In this document: piece by piece, positions 31,396-40,419 of the stretch
Numbering within the stretch: position 1 is the first letter of the stretch
How the letters are laid out: every line of letters starts with the position of its first letter
DNA from: Patescibacteria group bacterium
GTDB lineage: Bacteria; Patescibacteriota; Microgenomatia; Levybacterales; GWA1-39-11
Length of the DNA stretch: 44,146 bases
Assembly (NCBI GenBank): GCA_041478035.1
Contig: JBGOVI010000001.1
Coordinates: 1 to 44,146 of the forward strand
Direction: 5' to 3'
The notes under the pieces: model-generated
What the model saw: the letters and a program-made list of their open reading frames with translations, nothing else
Databases searched by the model: none
What the model was told of the DNA's origin: nothing
Translations under genes and position numbers: made by a program

Positions 31396-34300
31396 TTAAC
31401 TTGCAATTGGCTGAACCTGTTCTTGTTTTTGTTCCGGAACATTCCCTTCAATAAATTCCTCACGGACCGGAATCAGTCGCCCCACAATTACATTCTCTTT
31501 CAATCCTATCAAGTTATCTACCCGTCCCTCAAGCGCCGCATCGGTCAAAACCTGGGTTGTCTCCTGGAATGAAGCCGCAGACAACCATGAATCTGTGACA
31601 AGCGAAGCCTTGGTAATTCCGAGAATTATCTCACGCGCCGATGAGGGCTCTCCACCCTCAGAAATTATATTTGCGTTTTCCTCTTCAAATCTTAGCTTTG
31701 AAACCAAATCTCCCGGCATTAAAGCCGTATCCCCCGGTGTTTCAACCATGACTTTATCTGACATCTTACGGACTATAGTTTCAAAATGTTTGTAGTGGAT
31801 TGCGATTCCCTGCGATTCATATACACCCTGAACCTGTTCTATCAAATATTGTTGGGCGGATCTGAGGCCCGAGATTTTTAATATATCTCGAGGATCAAGA
31901 TAACCCTCACAGAGCTGAGTTCCCGCAAGAACCGTCTGTCCCTCGGAAACTAGAAGTGTTGACGTCAACGGGACAAAATATTCCCTTTCATCAACTATTC
32001 TATCCCGAACGTTTCTTACGCGAATTATGTTGCCATCTTCGACTTTGTTGACCTGAACTTTTCCGCCGATCTCCGCAATTGGTGCTAAGACCTTTGGACG
32101 ACGGACTTCAAATAACTCCTCGACTCTTGGCAATCCCTGCGTCACATCAGACATAACGACTCCTCCAAAATGCCTGACCCGCATCGTAAGCTGAGTTCCG
32201 GGCTCTCCAATAGATTGTGCCGCAATAACTCCAACAGGCGTTCCGTGATCAGCCCTGCTGTAGGCTGAGAGATCCCAACCGTAACACGCTGCACAAACCC
32301 CATACTTGAGACGGCAAAATAGAGGAGAACGAACTATTGCCTCGGGAATTGACTCGTCTTTCATAATTTTTGCGAGAGCATTATAATTAATTTCCGTTCC
32401 CTTTTTAACGAGTGTTTTTTTATCCGTTTTGCTTACTACATCCTTAAGAACTACGCGTCCTAAAAGCATACTTGTCATATAAGATTCATTGTCGCGGCGA
32501 TCCATGGCAACAGTAATTCCTTCTTCAACTCCACAATCATCCTTCCTGATTATTACATCGTGCGCAACATCAACAAGCCTTCTCGTCAAGTATCCGGCGT
32601 CTGCAGTTTTGAGCGCCGAATCAGTAAGTCCTTTTCTTGAACCACGGGCCGAATTAACGTATTCAAAAATTGATAATCCTTCACGGAAGTTTGACTTAAT
32701 TGGAAGTTCAACGATGCGCCCGAGAGGATCGAATATTAATCCTCTCATCGCAGCGAGCTGTTTTATCTGATCTTTTCCGGCTCTGGCTCCTCCTGATTCG
32801 GCGATTATGCGGACGATGTCATTTTTATCGAACAGCTCCCAAGTCAAATTCGCCATTTTCTCTGTCGCTTCAAGCCAGACATCATTTGAAAGGCGTCTTT
32901 GTTCAGAATGTGTAATAAGACCATTTTGGTATTCTGCTTCAATCTCGGCAATCTTTTTCTCCGCCTCATCAATCAATTCGTCTTTATTCGGAAGCCTTTT
33001 CAAATCAAACGTTGAGACTGAAATTCCTGAAATCGTTGCCGCGTAAAATCCTACCTCCTTGATATTATCAATGAGGTTTGCAACCTCTTCCTCCTCACAT
33101 ACCACCATTGCACGCGTGATCAAATCCTTTATAGTCGAAGCTTTTACTTCCTGGTTTACGAATCGCATTTGAGCGGGTAGCTTTTCATTAAATATTATTC
33201 TCCCGATTGACGTCTCAAGCGACCGACCGTCAATCTTAGCCATAATAGGCTCTCTAATACCAATCTTTTTAAGCGAAAATGCTAAGTGAGCCTCTATTTC
33301 ACCCGCAAACATCGGGAGATTCTCACGCCTCGTCCTTTCATCAATTGACGTTAAATAAAACACCCCCAAAGCCATTTCTTTATTTGGAAGAGTAATAGGC
33401 GCGCCGTCTGCAGGTTTTAGAAGGTTGTGCGCCGGCATCATGAGAGTTATTGCCTCATCTTGTGCCTTTTGTGATAAAGGAATGTGAATTGCCATCTGGT
33501 CTCCGTCAAAATCAGCGTTGTAACCGGCGCAAACGCAAGGATGAATCTTAATTGCGGATCCTTCAACAAGAACCGGATAAAATGCTTGAATTCCAAGTTT
33601 GTGTAGAGTCGGCGCGCGGTTTAGAAGAACCGGATGGTTGCGCGTTATCTCTTCCAGAATGTCAAAAATTTCAGGCGTCCTTCTCTCAATAAAACGCTTT
33701 GCAGCCTTGACATTCGGCGTTGTCAGGCCTCGCGCAATTACTTCACGGATGACGAATGGTTTGAATAATTCAAGCGCCATTTCTTTTGGAAGTCCACACT
33801 GATTAAGAGTCAATTCAGGTCCAACGATAATAACTGAACGGCCCGAATAGTCAACTCTTTTCCCAAGAAGATTCTTTCGAAATCTCCCCTGTTTTCCCCT
33901 AAGGATATCCGACAACGATTTAAATTGCTTTTGGGTCTGCGAGGTTCGAATAGATGTATCAATCAGGTAATCAACTGACTCCTGGAGCATTCTTTTTTCA
34001 TTGCGAAGAATTATTTCAGGCGCTCCAAGGGATATTAAATGCTTCAAACGATTGTTACGATTTATAACCCGTCTATAAAGATCGTTAAGGTCAGACGTTG
34101 CAAATCGACCTCCGTTCAACTGAACCATAGGTCTTAAATCCGGAGGAAGCACCGGCAGAACCTCAAGAACGAGCGAGGAAGGACTAAAACCCGCCTTGTT
34201 TATTGACTCAACCAAGTGCTGGCGCTTGAGCAACTTCAACTGCTTTTGCCCTCCTGCCTTCTCAACTTCCTCGCGAAGTTCTCCAATAAGTTTTGAGATA

Positions 34301-35163
34301 TCTATTGATTTAATAGCGTTAAGAATGGCGGCGGCTCCTGTTTCAACTTCAAAGAAAATCGGCACATCGTATTCAATTAAACGCACGTACTCTTCTTCAG
34401 ACAGGACATCCCAAAGTTTGAGACCGCGGACAATATCGCCAACCCTTGCAAAAATCTCCTCGGTTCTTGCTACTTCTGTCTCAACTCTCTTATCAAGGGC
34501 TAATTTTTTTTGACGAAATGCGACGTCTGTTTCTTCAAGCATTAAATCCTTCTGCTCGCGTTTGAGAGTTCCTTTGACGTCTTTGACTTTTTCCTTTTCA
34601 TCGTGTTTTAAAGTCTTGAGCTCTTCATCTTCCTGGGATTTAATTTTTTTAATTCTGTCTTCTTTTATATCGTTCAGCTTTTTCTGGGCATCGTGCCTCT
34701 TATCATCGTCTATTTCAGTTACAAGATACGATGCAAAATAAACGACTGACTCAAGGTCTTTTTGACCGATATCAAGAAGCGTTGAAAGCTTTGAGGGGCT
34801 GCCTTTTGAAAACCAGATGTGTACAACAGGACACGCAAGAGTTATGTGTCCCATGCGCTCACGGCGGACTCGAGAATAAGTTACTTCAACTCCACATCTG
34901 TCACAAACTATCCCTTTGTAGCGAATCCTCTTGTATTTTCCGCAATAACATTCAAAGTCACGCGTGGGACCAAATATTCGCTCGTCAAACAACCCGTCTT
35001 TTTCCGGTCGATATGTCCTGTAATTGATTGTTTCAGGTTTTGTGACCTCACCATACGAGTAGGCTTTTATATCGGAGGCAGAAGCCACAAGAACACGAAG
35101 ACCCTTAAAGTCTGAGATATTTATTGCGTCAAATTTCCTATCTTTTCGATTCTTAGGTTCCAT
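31396..35163 (-). CDS. rpoC: DNA-directed RNA polymerase subunit beta'
   Basis: 1255 aa with an N-terminal Zn finger (CYCGKYKRIRYKGIVCDRCG) and NADFDGD catalytic loop. Confidence 0.98.
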   Translation of the reverse strand: MEPKNRKDRKFDAINISDFKGLRVLVASASDIKAYSYGEVTKPETINYRTYRPEKDGLFDERIFGPTRDFECYCGKYKRIRYKGIVCDRCGVEVTYSRVRRERMGHITLACPVVHIWFSKGSPSKLSTLLDIGQKDLESVVYFASYLVTEIDDDKRHDAQKKLNDIKEDRIKKIKSQEDEELKTLKHDEKEKVKDVKGTLKREQKDLMLEETDVAFRQKKLALDKRVETEVARTEEIFARVGDIVRGLKLWDVLSEEEYVRLIEYDVPIFFEVETGAAAILNAIKSIDISKLIGELREEVEKAGGQKQLKLLKRQHLVESINKAGFSPSSLVLEVLPVLPPDLRPMVQLNGGRFATSDLNDLYRRVINRNNRLKHLISLGAPEIILRNEKRMLQESVDYLIDTSIRTSQTQKQFKSLSDILRGKQGRFRKNLLGKRVDYSGRSVIIVGPELTLNQCGLPKEMALELFKPFVIREVIARGLTTPNVKAAKRFIERRTPEIFDILEEITRNHPVLLNRAPTLHKLGIQAFYPVLVEGSAIKIHPCVCAGYNADFDGDQMAIHIPLSQKAQDEAITLMMPAHNLLKPADGAPITLPNKEMALGVFYLTSIDERTRRENLPMFAGEIEAHLAFSLKKIGIREPIMAKIDGRSLETSIGRIIFNEKLPAQMRFVNQEVKASTIKDLITRAMVVCEEEEVANLIDNIKEVGFYAATISGISVSTFDLKRLPNKDELIDEAEKKIAEIEAEYQNGLITHSEQRRLSNDVWLEATEKMANLTWELFDKNDIVRIIAESGGARAGKDQIKQLAAMRGLIFDPLGRIVELPIKSNFREGLSIFEYVNSARGSRKGLTDSALKTADAGYLTRRLVDVAHDVIIRKDDCGVEEGITVAMDRRDNESYMTSMLLGRVVLKDVVSKTDKKTLVKKGTEINYNALAKIMKDESIPEAIVRSPLFCRLKYGVCAACYGWDLSAYSRADHGTPVGVIAAQSIGEPGTQLTMRVRHFGGVVMSDVTQGLPRVEELFEVRRPKVLAPIAEIGGKVQVNKVEDGNIIRVRNVRDRIVDEREYFVPLTSTLLVSEGQTVLAGTQLCEGYLDPRDILKISGLRSAQQYLIEQVQGVYESQGIAIHYKHFETIVRKMSDKVMVETPGDTALMPGDLVSKLRFEEENANIISEGGEPSSAREIILGITKASLVTDSWLSAASFQETTQVLTDAALEGRVDNLIGLKENVIVGRLIPVREEFIEGNVPEQKQEQVQPIAS

Positions 35164-35216
35164 AGTATACCGCTAAACTGTGCTGAACTTTACGCTGAAC
35201 TACGCCGAAGGCTCGC

Positions 35217-35255
35217 TTCTGCGTTTTTCTGCGTACTATTCTGCGTTTTTCTGCG
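35217..35255. repeat. 17-nt direct repeat TTCTGCGTTTTTCTGCG straddling the rpoB stop codon
   Basis: Copies lie at 35217-35233 (spacer) and 35239-35255 (last rpoB codons), a period of 22 nt. The adjacent spacer holds three degenerate 11-mers containing AGTTCAGC/AGTTTAGC (minus-strand sense). Confidence 0.85.
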
Positions 35256-38200
35256 CTGCTTCCGTTGGAATTTCCTCTTCTCCGAGTGTCTTAACCGCTT
35301 CCTTCTCGTTTGTCACTGCAACTCCCTCAAGGCCTTCCTGAAGTTCTTTTGCTTCTTTGCTTACCTCTTCTTGAGCAACCGATGTGTCTTCGCGTTCATC
35401 TGCCACAACAGCTTGAAGCGGCACTATGTTAAGGGAAAGGCTTTGAAGCTCACGAATCAGGACTTTAAACGATTCCGGAACGCGAGGCGTTGGAATATCA
35501 ACAGACTTAATAATTGCTTCAAATGCCTTTGCACGACCTGATACGTCATCTGATTTGATCGTCAACATCTCCTGGAGTGTATAAGCGGCGCGGTGCGCTT
35601 CAAGAGCCCATACTTCCATCTCCCCTAAGCGTTGTCCACCCATTTGTGCTTTTCCTCCAAGAGGCTGTTGCGTAACGAGCGAATATGGACCAGTAGATCT
35701 TGCGTGGGCCTTGTCCTCAACCATGTGAATCAATTTCATAATGTAGCCGATTCCGACAACAACGTCGTTTTCATATGGCTCGCCCGTTCTTGCATCATAT
35801 AATTTCATCTTTCCGGTAACAGGCATCCCTGCTTGCTTCATGAGATCTATGTATTTTTCTTCATTCATTTTTTCAAAAACAGGAAGTGCAAGTCGCATGC
35901 CAAGTTTGCGTGCCGCAAGCCCGAGGTGCGCCTCAAGAAGCTGCCCTAAATTCATGCGTCCCAAAACCGAGATTGGCGAAATAATGATATCAACCGGTGT
36001 TCCGTCTTCAAGATATGGCATGTCAGAATCAGGGACTATTTTTGAAATAACGCCTTTATTTCCGTGACGCCCTGCAAGTTTGTCACCAACCACAACGTGA
36101 CGAACTTGAGCTACCTCTACTTGAATTTTTTTAATAGTTCCCGGCTCAAGTTCGTCACCTCGGCTGCGGTCCAAAATCTGAACATTAGTAACAATCCCGT
36201 GCTCACCGTGCGGCATTCTGAGTGATGTATCGCGGACTTCTCGAGCCTTCTCACCAAAAATTGCGCGGAGCAATCTCTCCTCGGCTGTTAATTCCGTCTC
36301 TCCTTTTGGAGCAATTTTACCGACCAAAATGTCTGAAGGCTTGACTTCTGATCCGATAACCACAATTCCCTCATCGTCAAGATTTGCCAAATCCTCCTCG
36401 GCAACGTTTGGAATATCGCGCGTTGTCTCCTCAGGCCCAAGCTTTGTGTCAACTACCGTCGCTTCGTATTTTTCTATGTGAACCGAAGTCAGGGAATCAT
36501 CGCGGACCAGACGGTCTGAAATAACGATTGCATCCTCATATCCAAGACCGTCAAAGGAGGCATATGCGATAAGTAAATTTTTACCCAACGCAAGTTCCCC
36601 CGACTCGGATGCGGGCCCGTCAATTAAAATATCACCTTTTTTCACTTTTTGACCTACCGATACAATAGGTTTTTGGTTAAAGAATGTATTTTGAGCAGTT
36701 CTTTTAAACTTGCCGATTTTTAGCGTTTCCTCATGCCCGCGAGCCGAACCTTTTAAAACAATTTTGTTTGCATCAACAAAGGCAATCGTTCCGTCAAACG
36801 GAGCGGTTGTGACGCGCGCCATGGCACGGCTTACCATACCTTCCATCCCCGTACCGATTATTGGGCTCTCATTTTTGATTAGCGGAACAGCCTGACACTG
36901 CATGTGGGTACCCATTAGCGCGCGGTTGGCTTCATCGTGGTCAATAAACGGAATTAAAGCAGCGGATGTTCCAACAACCTGTCTTGAAATAACGTCTATA
37001 AATTCAATTTTTTCGCTTTCTACCTCAAGATACTTACCCATATAACGAGCGGGCGATAAATCATCTACTATATATCCCGCGTCGTCAATCTTAATGTCGG
37101 CATGAGTTATGTAATGATCCATCTCATTTGCGGCATCCATATAAACTATTTCATTTGTCACTCTTAATTTCCCTCGCTTGCCGTTTTTTTCAAGCTTTAC
37201 CTTTTTGTATGGCGCCTCCAAAAAGCCATATTCATTGACTCTTGCATAAAGCGCCAAATATGTAACCAAACCAATATTTGGGCCCTCAGGAGATCTGACC
37301 GGACAAATTCGGCTGTATTGCGAACTATTAATATCGCGGATTGAAAATGAGGCGCGCTCGCGGGATATTCCGCCTGTTCCCATGACAGTTAATCGTCTTA
37401 TATTATCGATCTCAGACAGGGGGTTTGTCTGGTCAAGTATTGCCGAAAGCTGCGACGTTCTAAAGAATTCATTGATGGCCGCAATTATCGGATGCGCATT
37501 TATAAAATGTGACGGCGAGTATGGCTCTTCAACCGATGCCAAGCTCATTTTCTCTTTTATTATTCTCTCAAGTCTCAAAGCGCCCACTCGGAAAGCGGTT
37601 GTCTGGACAAGTTCACCGACAGAACGAATACGGCGATTTGATAAATGGTCTATGTCATCAATTTTTCCCTTCCCATTTTGAAGATTTATAAGGTATGAGA
37701 TAATTCCAATTACATCACCAATTGTCAAAGTGTAAACCTCTTGAGGACGAAAGTTAGCAAGCGTTGCAAGTTTCTGATTTACTTTATAGCGTCCGACTCG
37801 GGACAAATCGTAACGCCTTCTATCAAAAAATGAGTCTCGGAAGTTTTGACGGATAGTATCAATAACAACCGGCTCGCCGGGGTTCATCTTCTTGAAAATC
37901 TCAATCAATGCGTCTGTTCCGCCGCGCGTTTCGTCTTTTTCAACCGTATTTTTGATAAAGTTTTCAGCCCCGGAAATATCCTTGAATTTTTCATTAATCT
38001 CCTCATTTGTTTCAATTCCCAAAGCTTTTAAGAAAACCGAGGCCAAGAACTTTTTGCGTCGGTCAATTCTCACAACAACCATGTCTGTTCTTGTGGTAGA
38101 AAATTCAAGCCATGAGCCATGAACCGGTCTCATCTCGGCCGTATAAAGCGTTTTCCCAGTGATAGGATCTTCAACTGCCGTAAAGAAGACTCCGGGGGAA

Positions 38201-38607
38201 CGGACAATCTGGCTGACAATAACGCGCTCTATTCCATTAACAATAAACGTTCCGCGGTCCGTCATCTTGGGTACTTCACCCAAGAAAACGTTTTGACGGA
38301 CGGATTTTCCGGTTTTTTTGTTGACAAGTGTTGCTTCAACCGTCAGTGGGGTGAAAAATGTGAGGCCTTTTAAAAGTGCTAATTCTTCAGTAATTTTTGG
38401 TTCGCCGAGCTTGTATTCTCCAAGCGCAAGTTCCCAATTTTTACCCGTAAAATCGGAAATAGGAGATATCTCGCTAATTACCTCGCGTATTCCTTCTTCA
38501 ATAAACCATTTATATGATTCTCTCTGAATCGATAATAAATCAAGCTCAGGTAACGCTTTTTCAATTTTCCCCCAGTACTGCCGCTCTTGGGCCAAATTTT
38601 TTGCCAT
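35236..38607 (-). CDS. rpoB: DNA-directed RNA polymerase subunit beta (acidic C-terminal tail)
   Basis: 1123 aa with conserved beta-subunit blocks (e.g. GRHGNKGVISKI, LGEMEVWALEA). Confidence 0.98.
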   Translation of the reverse strand: MAKNLAQERQYWGKIEKALPELDLLSIQRESYKWFIEEGIREVISEISPISDFTGKNWELALGEYKLGEPKITEELALLKGLTFFTPLTVEATLVNKKTGKSVRQNVFLGEVPKMTDRGTFIVNGIERVIVSQIVRSPGVFFTAVEDPITGKTLYTAEMRPVHGSWLEFSTTRTDMVVVRIDRRKKFLASVFLKALGIETNEEINEKFKDISGAENFIKNTVEKDETRGGTDALIEIFKKMNPGEPVVIDTIRQNFRDSFFDRRRYDLSRVGRYKVNQKLATLANFRPQEVYTLTIGDVIGIISYLINLQNGKGKIDDIDHLSNRRIRSVGELVQTTAFRVGALRLERIIKEKMSLASVEEPYSPSHFINAHPIIAAINEFFRTSQLSAILDQTNPLSEIDNIRRLTVMGTGGISRERASFSIRDINSSQYSRICPVRSPEGPNIGLVTYLALYARVNEYGFLEAPYKKVKLEKNGKRGKLRVTNEIVYMDAANEMDHYITHADIKIDDAGYIVDDLSPARYMGKYLEVESEKIEFIDVISRQVVGTSAALIPFIDHDEANRALMGTHMQCQAVPLIKNESPIIGTGMEGMVSRAMARVTTAPFDGTIAFVDANKIVLKGSARGHEETLKIGKFKRTAQNTFFNQKPIVSVGQKVKKGDILIDGPASESGELALGKNLLIAYASFDGLGYEDAIVISDRLVRDDSLTSVHIEKYEATVVDTKLGPEETTRDIPNVAEEDLANLDDEGIVVIGSEVKPSDILVGKIAPKGETELTAEERLLRAIFGEKAREVRDTSLRMPHGEHGIVTNVQILDRSRGDELEPGTIKKIQVEVAQVRHVVVGDKLAGRHGNKGVISKIVPDSDMPYLEDGTPVDIIISPISVLGRMNLGQLLEAHLGLAARKLGMRLALPVFEKMNEEKYIDLMKQAGMPVTGKMKLYDARTGEPYENDVVVGIGYIMKLIHMVEDKAHARSTGPYSLVTQQPLGGKAQMGGQRLGEMEVWALEAHRAAYTLQEMLTIKSDDVSGRAKAFEAIIKSVDIPTPRVPESFKVLIRELQSLSLNIVPLQAVVADEREDTSVAQEEVSKEAKELQEGLEGVAVTNEKEAVKTLGEEEIPTEAAQKNAE

Positions 38608-38637
38608 TAGAAATAACTTCGAGAAGTTGTCCTTTTA

Positions 38638-38675
38638 TAAACAAAAAAACACGGGAGGGTACAAAATACCCCCTC
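38638..38675 (-). terminator. Hairpin plus U7 between the DUF2283 gene and rpoB
   Basis: In the minus-strand RNA, GAGGGGGUA pairs with UACCCUCCC across a UUUUG loop (9 positions; one mismatch and one G.U). After GUG comes U7. It lies about 30 nt upstream of the rpoB AUG. Confidence 0.5.
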
Positions 38676-38710
38676 TTATTTAAAAGGTTTAATAAGTTAT
38701 ATATCAAAAG

Positions 38711-38959
38711 CTAAGCCTTGTCAAGAGGGAAACTCGAAGTTGCGTAGCGGATATTTTTCGGCATATCAGTTTTTTTATTTTTATTAAAAAATCTTTTTGC
38801 GAATAGTACTTCTATATAGACAGGTTCGCGATTTTTTGTATAGTGAATAATCATACCGTTCTCATCTTCACCATACTGAATCGGCTTCTTTGACAGCCAA
38901 ATATTTAACACGTCGTCTTCAGGTTCATATAGAATATTTGGATACTTCTTAACCGTCAT
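38711..38959 (-). CDS. DUF2283 family small protein (putative antitoxin partner)
   Basis: 82 aa. ILYEPEDDVLNIWL resembles the DUF2283 YDxExDxLyI signature. It overlaps the upstream gene by 4 nt. Confidence 0.6.
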   Translation of the reverse strand: MTVKKYPNILYEPEDDVLNIWLSKKPIQYGEDENGMIIHYTKNREPVYIEVLFAKRFFNKNKKTDMPKNIRYATSSFPLDKA

Positions 38960-39213
38960 TTTATATACCTTCCTCCCTCCGTTGGATGAAATGTAATCAC
39001 TATGATTATATCATGTTTTTTAGCGTAAATCACCCTCAAATTGAGTGCGTTATTAATTTTCTTAAGAACAAATTCCGCATTGCGATCTACATCTACCCCA
39101 TGAAAATCTGGATCTCCTAAAGCATTGCTAATATCCGTTCTACGAACCTTGATATTTAACTCCTTAAGAATTTTAAATTTCCCTTTTGCGTGTTTTGTAT
39201 AAACAACCCTCAC
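38956..39213 (-). CDS. DUF4258-like small protein (putative toxin partner)
   Basis: 85 aa with a GTG start. Its N-terminus (YTKHAKGKF...RRTDIS) resembles DUF4258, a family that commonly pairs with DUF2283. Confidence 0.5.
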   Translation of the reverse strand: MRVVYTKHAKGKFKILKELNIKVRRTDISNALGDPDFHGVDVDRNAEFVLKKINNALNLRVIYAKKHDIIIVITFHPTEGGRYIK

Positions 39214-39299
39214 CCAAATAGTTTAGTAAATTCAGCTACTAAACAGTCTAGGGGTTGAGCAAATAGGTTAAGAATACCCGAAAATACTAAAAAAGGAAA

Positions 39300-40073
39300 C
39301 TAAGCTCTAGGAGGTAAACTACTAATTATGTTTCGCGAATTTGCTATAACGTTTTTATCAGCGGCTTCTCTGTCTATATTTGCTTTGTGTGGAGATTCGA
39401 TCATCGCTATACTCTTTTGAACTGATTCCTGAAAAACGCTTCCAATATCCACACCACCTTTTTTGAGCTGGAAAAATGACGATCGAAAATCATCCTCAGT
39501 ATCGCCCGAGAATTTAAGGTAATCTTTCATCCATGTAGCTTTACTTTCTCTCACAAATCCACTGTAGGGACCTGGAACTTTTCCTCCCTTAGTAAGAGCA
39601 ACCAGAAAATCATATTCGGCTTTGTTACGTTTTGCATTGCCGCTTTGAGGGTTGTCTATCTCGCTTCTGTAATAACCCATCACATGAAGCCCATCAGGTG
39701 TTGCTACAACAAAATCTTCCCGTTGGGTACCATATACATCATGAGCTACAGGGGCTTTTAAAATAAGGGCTCTTTCATCTTCATATCCGACAGTTTCTTC
39801 ATAGGGAGTCGTTGTCTTTTTAAACAAACCTGTGGTTTTTTCTCGTGTCTCAGTAATTGGTTTTTTCTGTCCAATTTTTACAAAATATTGTCCTTGGGTT
39901 TCTGCACTTGCTTCCATATCGTCCATGAGTTGAGTCGCTTCTGCCTTTTTTTCTGCTTTTGCTCTTTCCGCATCTTCTGCAGTTGCTCCTTGGGGACTAG
40001 CGTCAGTGACATTTTGCAACTCTTGTTTGACTGTTTGAACTTCTGCTTTGTCTTGACCTGCGCCTTCTTCCAT
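39300..40073 (-). CDS. hypothetical protein (257 aa; acidic/Ala-rich N-terminal third, globular C-terminal domain)
   Basis: A long ORF with nothing overlapping it on either strand apart from the 3' edge of a spurious + strand track ORF (39888..40202). It has no TM helix or signal peptide, and I recognise no family. Confidence 0.55.
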   Translation of the reverse strand: MEEGAGQDKAEVQTVKQELQNVTDASPQGATAEDAERAKAEKKAEATQLMDDMEASAETQGQYFVKIGQKKPITETREKTTGLFKKTTTPYEETVGYEDERALILKAPVAHDVYGTQREDFVVATPDGLHVMGYYRSEIDNPQSGNAKRNKAEYDFLVALTKGGKVPGPYSGFVRESKATWMKDYLKFSGDTEDDFRSSFFQLKKGGVDIGSVFQESVQKSIAMIESPHKANIDREAADKNVIANSRNIISSLPPRA

Positions 40074-40134
40074 TGTATTGACTTAAGTATTTCACGAACG
40101 ATTATTATTTGTCAAGCGAAGTTCAATTCAACCC

Positions 40135-40162
40135 TAGAGGTACTTTTTGATATTGGCGTTGT
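40135..40162. repeat. Left copy of a 28-nt direct repeat (a relic copy of the mltG 3' end)
   Basis: tagaggtactttttgatattggcgttgt matches 40955-40982 at 26 of 28 positions. On the minus strand it reads ...NANIKKYL-stop, the same as the MltG C-terminus. Confidence 0.8.
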
Positions 40163-40196
40163 TTTTCAAAATTCCGTAGAAATTGATAGGTTTTTC

Positions 40197-40205
40197 TGGT
40201 AGAAT
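40197..40205 (+). promoter_or_regulatory. Extended -10 box TGGTAGAAT ending 7 nt before the ATG at 40213
   Basis: Direct reading. Confidence 0.55.
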
Positions 40206-40212
40206 AACTACA

Positions 40213-40419
40213 ATGGCAATTGATTGGACAAAAATATATAAAAAATACAAAGGTCTTTGGGTCGCTTTAAAAAGCGATGAGAAGACAGTTATAGCAAGTG
40301 GAAAAACCGCAAAAGCAGTCTGGGATTTGGCCCAAAAGAAAGGATTCACAAAACCAATTCTTACCAGAATGCCCAACAAACTTATCCCTTATGTAGGTTT
40401 TGGAATGCATGAAGTTTAG
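40213..40419 (+). CDS. DUF5678-like small protein
   Basis: 68 aa from the ATG at 40213 (MAIDWTKIYKKYKGLWVALKSDEKTVIASGKTAKAVWDLAQKKG...), which follows the DUF5678 pattern. The track ORF starts 10 codons earlier, upstream of the promoter box. Confidence 0.6.
   Translation: MAIDWTKIYKKYKGLWVALKSDEKTVIASGKTAKAVWDLAQKKGFTKPILTRMPNKLIPYVGFGMHEV

Noticed and set aside
39234-39246. The 12-mer CTACTAAACAGT shared with the tuf-rpsJ terminator (12869-12880).
   Set aside because: Many 12-mer matches are expected by chance in a 44-kb, two-strand comparison. At 39234 the surrounding sequence does not form the hairpin.
40134-40379. An 81-aa minus-strand ORF ending NANIKKYL as a real gene or an mltG paralogue.
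   Set aside because: Only the last 9-10 codons resemble MltG. The rest is antisense to the DUF5678 gene and its promoter. I interpret it as a relic of the duplicated mltG 3' end and report it as the left direct repeat.
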